Below the pieces are notes generated by a model. The model had not been told where the DNA came from. It did no database searches and saw only the letters and a program-made list of their open reading frames with translations. A stretch of 64,000 nucleotides of DNA from Eledone cirrhosa (Eukaryota), in the NCBI GenBank assembly GCA_964016885.1, contig OZ024757.1:21576001-21640000 (forward strand), read 5' to 3'. Of the stretch, positions 1 to 11,595 are shown one piece after another. The position numbers and the translations under genes are program-made. How positions within the stretch are numbered: the stretch's first letter is position 1; every line of letters begins with the position of its first letter.

Positions 1-180
1 CATGCTGACAGGAAATGGTATAGAGTATTTGTTCTATCTCTAATGTCAAAGAAATATATATTTAGGGAGAATTCCCAAACTCCAAACAGTAGAGAGGTTC
101 GACATAGGAGCTCTTTAGAGATTAATTAAAACACTAATTATAAATAAAAACAAATATATATAATATATACAGTATAATAT

Positions 181-465
181 ACCACTACCACCACCACCAC
201 TACTACCACTGCTATTATTATTACTACAACCACTAGTACTACTACTACTACTACTACTAATACTACTACTACTACCACCACAACTACCATCATCATTACT
301 ACCACTACTACTACTACTACTACCACCACTACCATTACTATTACTACCACCTCCACTACTACTACCACTACTACTACTACCACCACCACCACCACCACCA
401 CCATCACTACCTCCACCACAACCACCACTACCACTATTTCCACCACCATCACCACCACAACCACC

Positions 466-497
<32 letters not shown>

Positions 498-585
498 CAC
501 CACCACAACCACAACCACAACCACCACTACTACTACTACCACCATCACCACCACCACTACTACTACTACTACTACCAATACTAGT
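181..585. repeat. (ACT/ACC)n trinucleotide microsatellite
   Basis: Mixed ACT/ACC repeats; source of the poly-Val ORF artefact. Confidence 0.95.
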
Positions 586-911
586 ATTAAATTACAGCAG
601 TGTTTCAAATTTATACAGCACATTATTGATTTGGGTTTTCTAGGAAGAAGTGCAGTACCGTGCATTGATTATTTCCCTCCTTATTGATAGATTAATTACT
701 GCGACTAATTTAGAGATCATAGATAATGCACGATACCAATTCTGCATCAGAATTGTGAATTGTTTTGGTTAAACATGAAAAATATGTTTTATATAACAAC
801 CAGATAAACAAAAAATAAACTTTGATCATATTTTAATGTCCAGCATTTTACGTGATGGTGAAACATAGTTCTGAATTTAGAAATTTCTTTTATAACTTTC
901 ATCTTTTCCAG

Positions 912-1037
912 TCCCTTGGTAGTTGTGATAGCTGTTATGTTCCTTCATTTAGAAAGGAGTGCCAATCAAATGGAAATAGTACTCTTACGAGTGACTGTGC
1001 CATTGAAATGGTTGATCACCCTTACCCGTTCTCCTGA
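912..1037 (+). CDS. Candidate terminal coding exon (SLGSCDSCYVPSF...PYPFS*), gene unknown
   Basis: Strong acceptor (tttcttttataactttcatcttttccAG, AG at 910-911), non-repetitive sequence, phase-0 frame open to TGA at 1035-1037, AATAAA further downstream. No homology confirmed. Confidence 0.25.
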   Translation, partial: SLGSCDSCYVPSFRKECQSNGNSTLTSDCAIEMVDHPYPFS

Positions 1038-1687
1038 TCTGGTCCCCATCTCACCATCATCAGTTCCCCAACATGAGAAAAACACACTGGCTGGGAACCA
1101 GTATTGCATGATGATGGTGTCATATCAGCTGTTGATGGCAGTTTGCCCAACACAATGAAAACTTCTCCACCAATGAGATCCAAGCACTGCAACACCGAAG
1201 GAAGAAGTGTGTGGACCACAAGGGGGACCATGTTGACAAATAAACCTCATTTAGTCACATTCCATCTTGGTCAGCCTATGAACTTTTCAGCTGACCCTTA
1301 TAAATTAGAGATTTACCCAATAAATCTACTTTAGGAATATGGGTTGGATAAAGAAGGGACAGGTGTATTTCAATATAAATCCCACCTGTGTGTTAAGGAT
1401 GTGCAGAGGACCCAGTTATAACTTCAATACAACCAGTGCAGAGGCCTAAAAGATTCCTCTCTGATTCCCCCAAGATTCCTAACAGATCCCTTGAAAATGG
1501 CGAGTGTATCTGAAATATATCAGGGTAAATAAATAAAACTCAGCTAAAAATCTCTGACTTCAAATATTAGGTTTTTTTTTCTTGCTTTCTTCTCTCATTT
1601 CCCTTCTTCCACTTCTGATTTAGTTACCTCAATATTTACATCGCTGTTTTCATTGTAGCATCTTCCAAAAGATGCCCGTTTCTCAAT

Positions 1688-1727
<40 letters not shown>

Positions 1728-1731
<4 letters not shown>

Positions 1732-2172
1732 GCGAAATCTGTCCATGCCTTGAACCCTGGGTGACACCTAAAAGTCAAATTGTAGGTCACCGTCCTCTTC
1801 GGTGTGGACAGGTTCATGTGTGGGCTATCCCCTCGAGGTGGGAGACAGAAAACGACAGGCATATAAAGCCTGTATATTCCCATGTTTTACACAGAGAGAT
1901 CGGAGCAGTATGCTATTATAGGTTATGTAAAGATTCACTGTCTACTACAGGCCGCAGAGGTGTACAGACCATTACTCTCTCTCTCTCTCTGTCCTGGTTG
2001 CAACAAAATAACATTGTCAACCTTCGCAACTTGTGGTAACTTGTTTATTATTCTTTTTGACCGAAGTGATGTAAACCTTTTTATATATAAAGTAATTCAG
2101 CTATTCTTGTTATTATCTCTACCAAGCACCACTAATACCTTCGTTACCAACTACTAAATACCCTTCGTTAAA
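1728..2172 (+). mobile_element. Probable solo LTR inserted in (TA)n
   Basis: Starts TGTAGCGAA and ends TTCGTTAAA (imperfect inverse of the start, TG..CA type), internal ATATAAA, about 445 bp, (TA)n on both sides. Confidence 0.45.
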
Positions 2173-2601
2173 TATATATATATATATATCTCACACAATG
2201 CAACCTCGACAGATGAATACTGCTTGATTATGGCAGACAATTGATACACCCAGGACACCATGGTGAAATACCAATATATGGAACATTACATTATGTAACA
2301 TTCTCTCATTTTAATTTATATTCCTTTGAAGTTCCGATGAGCCGCTCTGTTTTTAAATATGTTAATTATTTTCAACTGAACCAGATCAATAATGATATAT
2401 AGTCATCTGATCCAGAAATATTATATGGAGTAGCGAAACAAACGGACATTATTATTATTAATATTATTATTATTATTCTCTACATTCCTTACATCAAACT
2501 AAAATATGTTGACAATCTTTTAATAATGTCTTCCTTGTGAAATTTGTGGTTTGTTTTGCTTAACTAATGAATATATATATATATATTTTAATATATATAT
2601 A

Positions 2602-2881
2602 TCACCTTGATCGACCAGTCTGTCGGGCGTCCATTCGGCGCCACTGGTCACAGCACGCCGTCCATTCCTCTCTGGATTGTGCTATCCTCATCCATGTAGT
2701 CCCAATTGTATTCCTAAAATCCTAACTCCACCCTCGTGGAGGCCTTCCGGCAAGAGGGACGTCATCACGGAATATATGCACAGCAAGTTCAGATGGGTTG
2801 GACACAACACCCGGTTCACCGATAATCGGTGGACCCGCGCAGTTGCCAAGTGGTACCCACACGAGCGGAAACGACCACTCG

Positions 2882-2883
<2 letters not shown>
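2602..2883 (-). mobile_element. RTE-clade LINE 3' fragment with inverted 5' segment
   Basis: Plus strand 2752-2883 reads KFRWVGHNTRFTDNRWTRAVAKWYPHERKRPLG; minus strand 2751-2603 continues GRPPRGWS*DFRNTIGTTWMRIAQSREEW. These are RTE ORF C-terminal motifs. Confidence 0.8.
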
Positions 2884-2929
<46 letters not shown>

Positions 2930-3015
2930 CTATATATATATATACATATGTGTTTTCTAAAATAAAATAAAATGGCATAAACATTACAATACAATAGGAG
3001 GGTACATGATAATAG

Positions 3016-3060
3016 TACCACTGATGATGTTGCAGATGTGCAACGAAAGAACTTTGATAG
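3016..3060 (+). ncRNA. Hammerhead ribozyme motif (type I, minimal) in a dispersed ~370-bp repeat
   Basis: CTGATGA(3021)-T-GTTGCA gatg TGCAAC-GAAA-GAAC-TT. Perfect 6-bp stem II, weak stems I and III. A second copy lies on the minus strand near 47339-47383. Confidence 0.6.
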
Positions 3061-3395
3061 ATTATACATATATATATTTATATCCACATAGATCGATAAC
3101 AAAGTATAGTTACGATGTATTATCATCACCTAGAAACGATCCTAAAGCAGTGAAGTTTATTTCTAATGACTTGATTTTTTATTTCATTGTTTTATATATT
3201 TATATCTGTATTTTTAACCGATAGTCAGTCAATGATAAACATTGATTGCCAAATAAATAAACTATGGAGATATAAAAGATACAGAAGCGAAAACCAACCA
3301 AACAGTGAGTGTGTTCTGTTATTATTTCTGGCAATATCATTACAACAATATGATCCTCCCCAAGTATAACAATATATATATATACATATATATAT

Positions 3396-3440
<45 letters not shown>

Positions 3441-4392
3441 TATACTATGTGATTTACTTTGCTATTTCTGTTTACATTTCACACACACACACTCACACAT
3501 ATATATGTATGTATGTATGTATCTTCTGTGCTATAGAGGACACGACCAACCCATGCAAGCATAGAAAAGCACACATAAAATGATATATACATATATATTA
3601 TATCTATATATATATATATATATATATATCATTATCACATTATCATCTTTTAAGGTAAGGTATGGTATATATATATATATATATATATGCACTTGGAATA
3701 AATTACCTTTTTTATGATGTATATATATATATATACACACACAATACAATCTAGTTTAGAATCCCTAAAAAATTAGGCAGAAGAATAAAAAGGAGGCACT
3801 TATTCCAAACTGTTCCCTGTCATAAACTAATTATACTGTGTGGTTAATTTGATTCTCTTTTCTTTTGGTGTTTTATTTAAGATAAAAATTATTCCTTTTG
3901 TTTTTATTTGAATTCTTTGAAAAATTGTTCCTTTAAACTCCCCCACCCCCACACAATACATATACGTAGAAACTAATCCCCTCCCCACTTATACAAGTGC
4001 ACTGCAATCTACACCCCCACCACTTTTTTTTTTTACAGTGAAATGGTGAATTTAATGCTTAATTTTAGAATTTTAGCAGGATGGATTTTCTTCAGAACTC
4101 GTGCAGGTCTTTAATAAGTTGAAAATGAAAAAAAGACAAATTGGTATTGTCAGTCTAATGAGAACCTTTGTAGAATTTTCTTGTGAAATTAATTTAGGAA
4201 CTTCCCCGCTTCATTGTAATCTGGTTCTAGCTTTGACAGATTTTTTTCTCTATCTCTATACCCAGTCTCTGCCCTCTCATTCTTGTCTCACATCTCACTT
4301 CCCCTTTCTTCTCTCTCTTTCTCCCTTTCTTTCTTCATATGCCTTCATTTTGTCCCACTCTGTTAGTTTCTATTTCATTATTTTCAAGGTTA

Positions 4393-4690
4393 AGGGTGGT
4401 AGATTGGCAGAATCAGTAGAGCGTCAGACACCATGCTTTCTATCATAGTTACGTCCCTTTACAGTCTGAGTTCAAATCCCGCCGAGGTTACCTTTGCCTT
4501 TCATCCTTACGGCATCGATAAAATAAAGTACCAGTAATGTACTGGGTTATTGCTGGCCTTGTGCCTAAAGTAGAAACAATTATTATCGAGGTTAACTTTG
4601 CCTTTCATCCTTACGGGGTCGATAAAATAAAGTACCAGTAATGCACTGGGATAATTGCTGGCCTTGTGCCAAAAGTAGAAACAATTATTA
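4393..4690 (+). mobile_element. SINE family A (tRNA-derived, (AAT)n tail), copy with internal duplication
   Basis: A box TGGCAG..., B box GAGTTCAAATCC, body GCCTTTCATCCTTACGGGGTCGATAAAAT (Nin/Inv-type SINE domain by recall); 3' half duplicated. Confidence 0.9.
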
Positions 4691-4767
4691 TACAATTTTA
4701 TATACAGTACTGACTAAAAGACCCCTACCAAAACATCCCCTTGGAACAGTATATATATATAGTACTG

Positions 4768-4811
4768 AGCTCTGAGGAGTACCAACAGTACGAAACAGAG
4801 ATCTGTCAGCT
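4768..4811 (+). ncRNA. Hammerhead ribozyme, canonical type I
   Basis: AGCT-CTGAGGA-GTAC caaca GTAC-GAAA-CAGA ga TCTG-TC-AGCT: all core nucleotides present, three Watson-Crick stems, GUC cleavage triplet (cut after 4807). Confidence 0.85.
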
Positions 4812-4949
4812 ATCTCCCTTTGTTTTCTGAAAAAAGAAGTAAGTCACATAGTCACTACTTTAAAACAATAATGTAAGGTCTTCAAAATGCTTTTAATTAA
4901 GCATACAGTGTATTGCAAAATACACTATATATATATATATATATTTAGC

Positions 4950-5482
4950 GATCAAAATTGATGGTAGTTACGGAGTAGGTAGACCCAGAAAAACCTGGGA
5001 TGATCTGATAAATTCTGACCTCACACACTTACATCTCTCTAAGATAATGTCTCTGGACCGAGATATTTGGCGCTACGCAGTAATACAGAAGACCCGCCTT
5101 GCCTATGTACAAAGCGAAACCTACAGTCAGTAGGCACCTCTTAACCAAATATACACCCCAATCCACTACCCATACCCTATCCTCCCACTCCCACCAACAG
5201 CACGAGAAAATGAGATCGAGTTCGTGTAGGTGTCACGAGAAAAAACACACAGTCCACGCTGTAATGTGCCCGTATAGGTAACACGGTAAAAAGTTCCCAG
5301 TTCCACACTGTAAATGTGGTTGGTGTTAGGAAGGGCATCCAGCCGTAGAAAACCTGCCAGATAGTCCTATATGAGCGAGACACGGTCACCCGACCAACCT
5401 TGCCTCAAGTGGGACAATTCCCGTCTAACCCATGCTAGCATGGAAAATGGACGTTAAACGAAGATGATGATGATGATGATGA
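4950..5482 (+). mobile_element. RTE-clade LINE 3' end (ORF C-terminus, 3' UTR, (GAT)n tail)
   Basis: Frame reads GVGRPRKTWDDLINSDLTHLHLS...DRDIWRYAV; a similar copy lies at 54922-55465. Confidence 0.8.
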
Positions 5483-5797
5483 TCATCATCATCATCATCA
5501 TCATCAGGTTTAGCGTCCGTGTTCCACGCTTGCATGGGTTTGGACGGGGGTTTTCCCACTTGAGGCAAGAGTGGTTGTCTTGCTCGCATAGGACTGTCTG
5601 GCGGGTTTTCTACAGTTGGATGCCCTTCCTAACACCAACCACATTTACAGTGTGGGGCTGGGAGGTTTTTACCGTGTTGCCTACACGGCCACATTACAGC
5701 GTGGACTGTCTGGCGGGTTTTCTACAGCTGGATGCCCTTCCTAACACCAACCACATTTACAGTGTGGGGCTGGGAGGTTTTTACCGTGTTGCCTACA
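5483..5797 (-). mobile_element. RTE-type 3' UTR/tail element with internal duplication, tail-to-tail with the previous element
   Basis: Carries the AGGAAGGGCATCC module and an (ATC)n tail; same family as 47712-47872. Confidence 0.75.
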
Positions 5798-6059
5798 TGA
5801 TATATATATATATATATATAGGAAAATGTTTAACCCCGACGGCAGAGCTCAAGCCGTTCTGACGGCTATATATATATATATATATATATTATAAGAACAG
5901 ATTAAAGTTTAAGCAAAGAATCGCTGCTTTCACCCTTTACGGGATATTCTAAAACTGGAATATTTGCTCAACGGGTTTTTATATATATATATATATATAT
6001 AATCCTTATCGAGCCTTCTTCGGATTTTAGTCTTCACATTTGTTATTACTATATATATA

Positions 6060-6399
6060 TACATGGCTTAGTGGTTAGAGCATTGGCCTTGCAATCGAAA
6101 GGTTGTGAGTTCAATTCTCAGACTGGGTGATGTGTTGTTTCCTTGAGCAAGACACTTTATTTCACATTGTTCCAGTTTACTCAGCTGTAGAAATGAGATG
6201 ATAGGGATTGGGGTCCCTATCATTCCACTGTAAAGTGGTCGTGGAGGTGCCATGGCAAAAAAAGCACCCAGCACTCACTGTAAATGAGGTTGGTGTTAGG
6301 AAGGGCATCCAGCTGTAGAAATCAAGCCAAAATCAGTTCCCGTCCGACCCTTGCAAGCAGGGAAAAGCGGACGTAAAATGAAATGATGATGATGATGAT
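6060..6399 (+). mobile_element. SINE family B (tRNA-like head, RTE-type tail)
   Basis: A box TGGCTTAGTGG, B box GAGTTCAATTC, tail GCAAGCAGGGAAAAGCGGACGTAAAA(TGA)n; more than ten copies in the window. Confidence 0.92.
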
Positions 6400-6591
6400 A
6401 TAATATTATTCAAAATATTAATAAATGAGAAATATTATCATAACCAAAGTATATATTTTATTATACATATTTCAAAGGTACAATGGTGTTTCAGTACGTT
6501 TTCATCAGATAAAATATATAAGAGATTGGATATGCAACATACCGCTAAGGTACTTGAATCTTCAATTCCTGTAGTGGCATATATATATATA

Positions 6592-7257
6592 CTAGACCAC
6601 CCGTGACCCGTTGGGTCACGTTCACTTAAAAATAATTTTTAGATAATTAAGATATACAGACATGTATATAATGTAAAATGAAATTGAAGGTCATTCTCAC
6701 TTAAGAATATTTTTTAAATATGCCAAAACATATTTTTTTAATCGTATTCACTTGAAAATAATAAAAAAAAAATTAAAATATTGTCTGTGTAAAGAAAGCT
6801 AAAATATAAATACTTACTGTATCAACAACTTGTATTTTCGAAATCACATTCACTTAAAAATATTTCTAAATAATTAAAATATTCTGTTTAACAAAAGTAA
6901 AATATAAACATTTACTGTAAAAACAACTCGTATTTTTCAGTCATATTCACTTAAAAATGTTTTTGTAATAATTAAAATATCGTTTGTTTAAAGAAAGTTT
7001 AAATATAGATACTTAAACTACAGACAACTTGTATTTTTGAAATAATATTCACTGACAAATCACTGAAAAAAATTGTTTTAGTGTATTTTTTAAATCCTAT
7101 TTTTTGAATAATGAAAATATTATCTATGTCCGATTTACGCCAAACTTGTTTTATTCCGTTTGTATTCCCATTTCTGGGTTATTTTACTTTCGGAGTTTTT
7201 CCCATTATGTGCCCTTTTGGCTGCATTACATTAGAGACTTTTAGTATTATATATAGA
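6592..7257 (-). mobile_element. Non-autonomous Helitron with internal ~95-bp AT-rich repeats
   Basis: Minus-strand 5' TCTATATATAATACT; 3' hairpin CGTGACCC-gtt-GGGTCACG (6602-6620) followed by CTAG|T. Confidence 0.75.
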
Positions 7258-7450
7258 CATATATGTATATACAAGCAAATTATAAATGTAAACATGTAAG
7301 TATGTTTTTGAAACGGTGCGCGAGTTTGAAATTAGAAATTAGAAATTATAAGCTTTCACCGTATTTTAGACTAAAGAAATTTCTAGCCTGATAGTGGGGT
7401 TTATAACCCTCGGAGAAATGGAAAAAGATGAGTGTTGCTGTACATGGGAG

Positions 7451-7481
<31 letters not shown>

Positions 7482-7803
7482 GGGTGCGTGTGTGTGCATG
7501 CGTTTATGTATATATATTGATGGTTTATATAGTATAGAGGCCGAGAAGACCATAGATCAAGTAGTCAATAGATGGTATGATGCAGAGTGAAAGTAGAGGA
7601 TCTACAATTTCAGCTAATTACCTCGTCAAAGAGGTAACTAGTTGCAACTACCAAGCTCACAGTAGATACTCTACTTTTACTGACAACATACATATATATA
7701 TAGAGAGAGATGTCAACATGAATGGACCTGTTATTTTTATCTAAAGACATTTTTTCCAATTTCATCCCGCCCGTCCCCTCAATCTATTTTATCTCTCATT
7801 CTT

Positions 7804-7839
7804 TCTTCTGATGAAGGACTAGCGTCCGAAACGTTAAGA
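7804..7839 (+). ncRNA. Minimal hammerhead ribozyme motif
   Basis: TCTT-CTGATGA-A-GGAC tagc GTCC-GAAA-CG-TT-AAGA; palindromic stem III (AACGTT); same family as 44330-44975. Confidence 0.7.
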
Positions 7840-7955
7840 CCCTCTTCCAGCTATATCAAGTGTTAACCTAATATATACCTTCCATATACTGTACCGATTG
7901 TGTCATTATTTCTGTTTACCTTTTACATATATATATATATATAAATATATATATA

Positions 7956-8087
7956 TATAACGGAAGAAATGTGGTAAGGAACCAGGTGGACCATACCGCA
8001 CCAAAGTACTCTATACTTAGGGTAGTAGTCCAGAATTAGCCATCGAAACAGCTTGAGCTCAGCCGTCGGGGTCCTACTCATTCCTAT
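7956..8087 (+). mobile_element. Family C (TA)n-embedded fold-back element, internally deleted copy
   Basis: GGAACCAGGTGGACCATA...GTACTC..TACTTAGGGTAGTAG body shared with other copies in the window. Confidence 0.75.
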
Positions 8088-8111
8088 ATATATATATATA
8101 TATATATATAT

Positions 8112-8449
8112 CATTTATCATTTCATTTCATTTTACGTCCGCTTTTTCCCTGCTTGCAGGAACTAATTCTGGTTTGATTTCTACAGCTGGATGCGCTTCC
8201 TAACACCAACCTCATTTACAGTGAGTGCTGGATGCTTTTTTGCCGTGGCACCTCCACGACCACTTTGCAGTGGAATGATAGGGACTCCAGTCCCTACCCT
8301 ATCATCTCATTTCTACAGCTGAGTAAACTGGAGCAATGTGAAATAAAGTGTCTTGCTCAAGGAAACAACACATCACCCGGTCTGAGAATTGAACTCACAA
8401 CCTTTCGATTACAAGGCCAATGCTCTAACCACTAAGCCATGTGCCTCCA
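8112..8449 (-). mobile_element. SINE family B
   Basis: Reverse complement of the family B consensus, with a small deletion. Confidence 0.9.
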
Positions 8450-8692
8450 TATATATATATATATATTTTATGCTTAGATAGCAGAACGTATGTGTAAAAA
8501 CCCCACATCCGTACTGTGTATTACTAGTGACAGTATCTTGTTAGCTCAATGTACGAAAACAGAGCTGTTATAGTATCCTATTATGTATCATCTCCATTCT
8601 CACTATTATCCTATGATCCTGTACCATATATCTATTGTTCTTATGATGTAGGTCGGAAGAGCTTATCTTCATTATTGTATTTTTGTTTTCAA

Positions 8693-8739
8693 CGCCCTGA
8701 TGAGTCCTGCCCCATGGTATGGATGAAACACTGTCAGCG
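8693..8739 (+). ncRNA. Hammerhead ribozyme motif followed by AATAAA
   Basis: CGCC-CTGATGA-GTCCTGCC ccat GGTATGGAT-GAAA-CACTG-TC-AGCG, then AATAAA at 8740; sits in a ~320-bp unit flanked by (TA)n. Confidence 0.7.
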
Positions 8740-8781
8740 AATAAAAATTGATTGATGTTATAAGCGCTCTTTGTTTTCTTT

Positions 8782-8860
<79 letters not shown>

Positions 8861-9120
8861 TAGGCCACTTGCTTCCACATCATTCATTCTCATCTCGGGA
8901 ACAATTTTGAATAGCACCAGTTCGTAATTCGAACTCGGGAATTTTATATTCTCCGAGTGAAAAGAACCTTCTGACAAGAGTTTTTCTTTTCAATGGAGGC
9001 TCGTAAGGACTATCCATTTATTTTTGAGACTCAAAACCGTACGGTAAAGGTAACCATAGGAGGTACAGTGAATTTTTTAAAATGTATTTTAAAACTTTTT
9101 CTTATTTGCTAAACCTTGAT

Positions 9121-9176
<56 letters not shown>

Positions 9177-9585
9177 GGAAAGTAAGGTTCTATACAAAAC
9201 AGTGGTTATAGCGAAAAGGTGAAGTTAGAAATAGGCTATTTTCAGCTGGGAATTGAACTCATAACCTCACTACTGTGAATCGAATTCTCTAACTACAAAA
9301 CCACACACCTTCACTGTAAGGATATGGTGTACCTAAACTAGATACATATTAGGGTAGTGGATTGGAAGTATTACTAGACTACCAGACAACATGCAGCATA
9401 TAGTTATGTCCCTTTACATTGAGTTCAAATCCCGCTGAGGTTAGCTTAGCGTTTTATCCTTATGGGGCAGATAAAATAGAGTACCAGTGATGCACTGGGG
9501 GCCATTTAGTTGATTTCCATTACTCCAAAATTGCTGGCCTTGTGCCTCATGTAGAAACCATTCTTATTACTGTTAACATCAACGG

Positions 9586-10935
9586 TAAGGGTGGGGGATT
9601 GGCAGTATCGGTAGAGGGTCGGACGCCATGTTAGGGCGGTGGAATGGCAGTATCGGTAGAGGGTCGGACGCCATGTTAGGGCGGTGGAATGGCAGTATCG
9701 GTAGAGCGTCGGACGCCATGTTAGGGCGGTGGAATGGCAGTATCGGTAGAGGGTCGGACGCCATGCTAGGGCGGTGGATTGGCAGTATCGGTAGAGGGTC
9801 GGACGCCATGTTAGGGTGGGGGATTGGCAGTATCGGTAGAGGGTCGGATGCCATGTTAGGGTGGTAGATTGGCAGTATCGGTAGAGGGTCGGACGCCATG
9901 CTAGGGTGGTAGATTGGCAGTATCGGTAGAGGGTCGGACGCCATGTTAGGGTGCTAGATTGGCAGTATCGGTAGAGGGTCGGACGCCATGTTAGGGTGGT
10001 GGATTGGCAGTATCGGTAGAGGGTCGGACGCCATGTTAGGGTGGTGGATTGGCAGTATCGGTAGAGGGTCGGACGCCATGTTAGGGCGGTAGATTGGCAG
10101 TATCGGTAGAGGGTCGGACGCCATGCTAGGGCGGTGGATTGGCAGTATCGGTAGAGGGTCGGACGCCATGTTAGGGTGGGGGATTGGCAGTATCGGTAGA
10201 GGGTCGGATGCCATGTTAGGGTGGTAGATTGGCAGTATCGGTAGAGGGTCGGACGCCATGCTAGGGTGGTAGATTGGCAGTATCGGTAGAGGGTCGGACG
10301 CCATGCTAGGGTGGTAGATTGGCAGTATCGGTAGAGGGTCAGACGCCATGCTAGGGCGGTGGATTGGCAGTATCGGTAGAGGGTCGGACGCCATGTTAGG
10401 GTGGTGGATTGGCAGTATCGGTAGAGGGTCGGACGCCATGTTAGGGTGGTGGATTGGCAGTATCGGTAGAGGGTCGGACGCCATGTTAGGGTGGTGGATT
10501 GGCAGTATCGGTAGAGGGTCGGACGCCATGCTAGGGCGGTGGATTGGCAGTATCGGTAGAGGGTCGGACGCCATGTTAGGGCGGTGGATTGGCAGTATCG
10601 GTAGAGGGTCGGACGCCATGTTAGGGTGCTAGATTGGCAGTATCGGTAGAGGGTCGGACGCCATGTTAGGGCGGTGGATTGGCAGTATCGGTAGAGGGTC
10701 GGACGCCATGTTAGGGTGGTGGATTGGCAGTATCGGTAGAGGGTCGGACGCCATGCTAGGGTGGTAGATTGGCAGTATCGGTAGAGGGTCGGACGCCATG
10801 TTAGGGTGCTAGATTGGCAGTATCGGTAGAGGGTCGGACGCCATGCTAGGGTGGTGGATTGGTAGTATCGGTAGAGGGTCGGACGCCATGCTAGGGCGGT
10901 GGATTGGCAGTATCGGTAGACGGTCGGACGCCATG
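9586..10935 (+). repeat. 45-bp minisatellite, 30 units, made of the SINE-A 5' head
   Basis: Unit (T/C)TAGGG(C/T)GGT(G/A)GATTGGCAGTATCGGTAGAGGGTCGGACGCCATG; the last unit continues into a SINE-A body. Confidence 0.97.
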
Positions 10936-11067
10936 CTTTGCAACAAAGAGTTACATCCCTTTACGGACTGAGTTCAAATCCCGCCGAGGTTAACTTTGCC
11001 ATTCATCCTTACGGGGGTCGATAAAATAAAGTACCAGTAATAATTATTAAAGTAGAAATAATTATTA
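10891..11067 (+). mobile_element. SINE family A terminating the 45-bp array
   Basis: Head, B box, body and (ATT)n tail. Confidence 0.9.
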
Positions 11068-11595
11068 TTAACATCAACATGAAGATCCCACAAAAATTAA
11101 TATATTTTTCAAATGATTTAAATAATTGTATTTTCTATGTTATCATTATTGATATTGTCAATTCTATTTTCCCAATGTAAGAAATAGGGGACGGGTTCAT
11201 GTTTTAGAATTTTTCTCGGAATTCCTTCACTCTAACTCCCCCCATCCCCCTCTCGTTATGAAAACCCAATTAGAACCTGTTAAGATAAGGGTAGGGGATA
11301 GAAAATAGAAAATGATGATTATAGACTAGGTAGTATAAACTATACAGTAGCAACTATTAGGGAGTTGCAAATGTACTAAAAGTGCAGGGCTAGCTTTTAT
11401 CCTGATGAAATAATACCCCGTTTCTTTCCAAAACTCATTCTCCCCCTCCTCCTCCCCCTCCCCTCTCCTCTCCCCCTCCCTGCCATTCTTTACACAATTT
11501 GAACATCAGTTTTCACACAATCTGAATGACTAAATCGAGAAGATAACCACTTAAAGAAGTAATTCTGAGGTTTGTCACCTTTCTTTGGGAGGTTT

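Noticed and set aside
138-665. Poly-Val, His/Thr-, Tyr/Ile-, Cys/Val- and Asp-rich ORFs across the window
   Set aside because: They are translations of microsatellites
2330-2450. Additional hammerheads at about 2335(+), 7605-7630(-), 15330-15370(+) and 48278-48352(-)
   Set aside because: Stems and GAAA are recognisable but the CUGANGA core is mutated; treated as eroded remnants and not counted
6060-6125. Functional tRNA-Ala(TGC) gene
   Set aside because: SINE-B head with broken anticodon and acceptor stems, attached to a SINE body in every full copy
9586-10935. CRISPR array or repeat-protein gene (MASDPLPILPI... ORFs)
   Set aside because: No unique spacers and no cas genes; the unit is a SINE head, and the ORFs arise because 45 is divisible by 3
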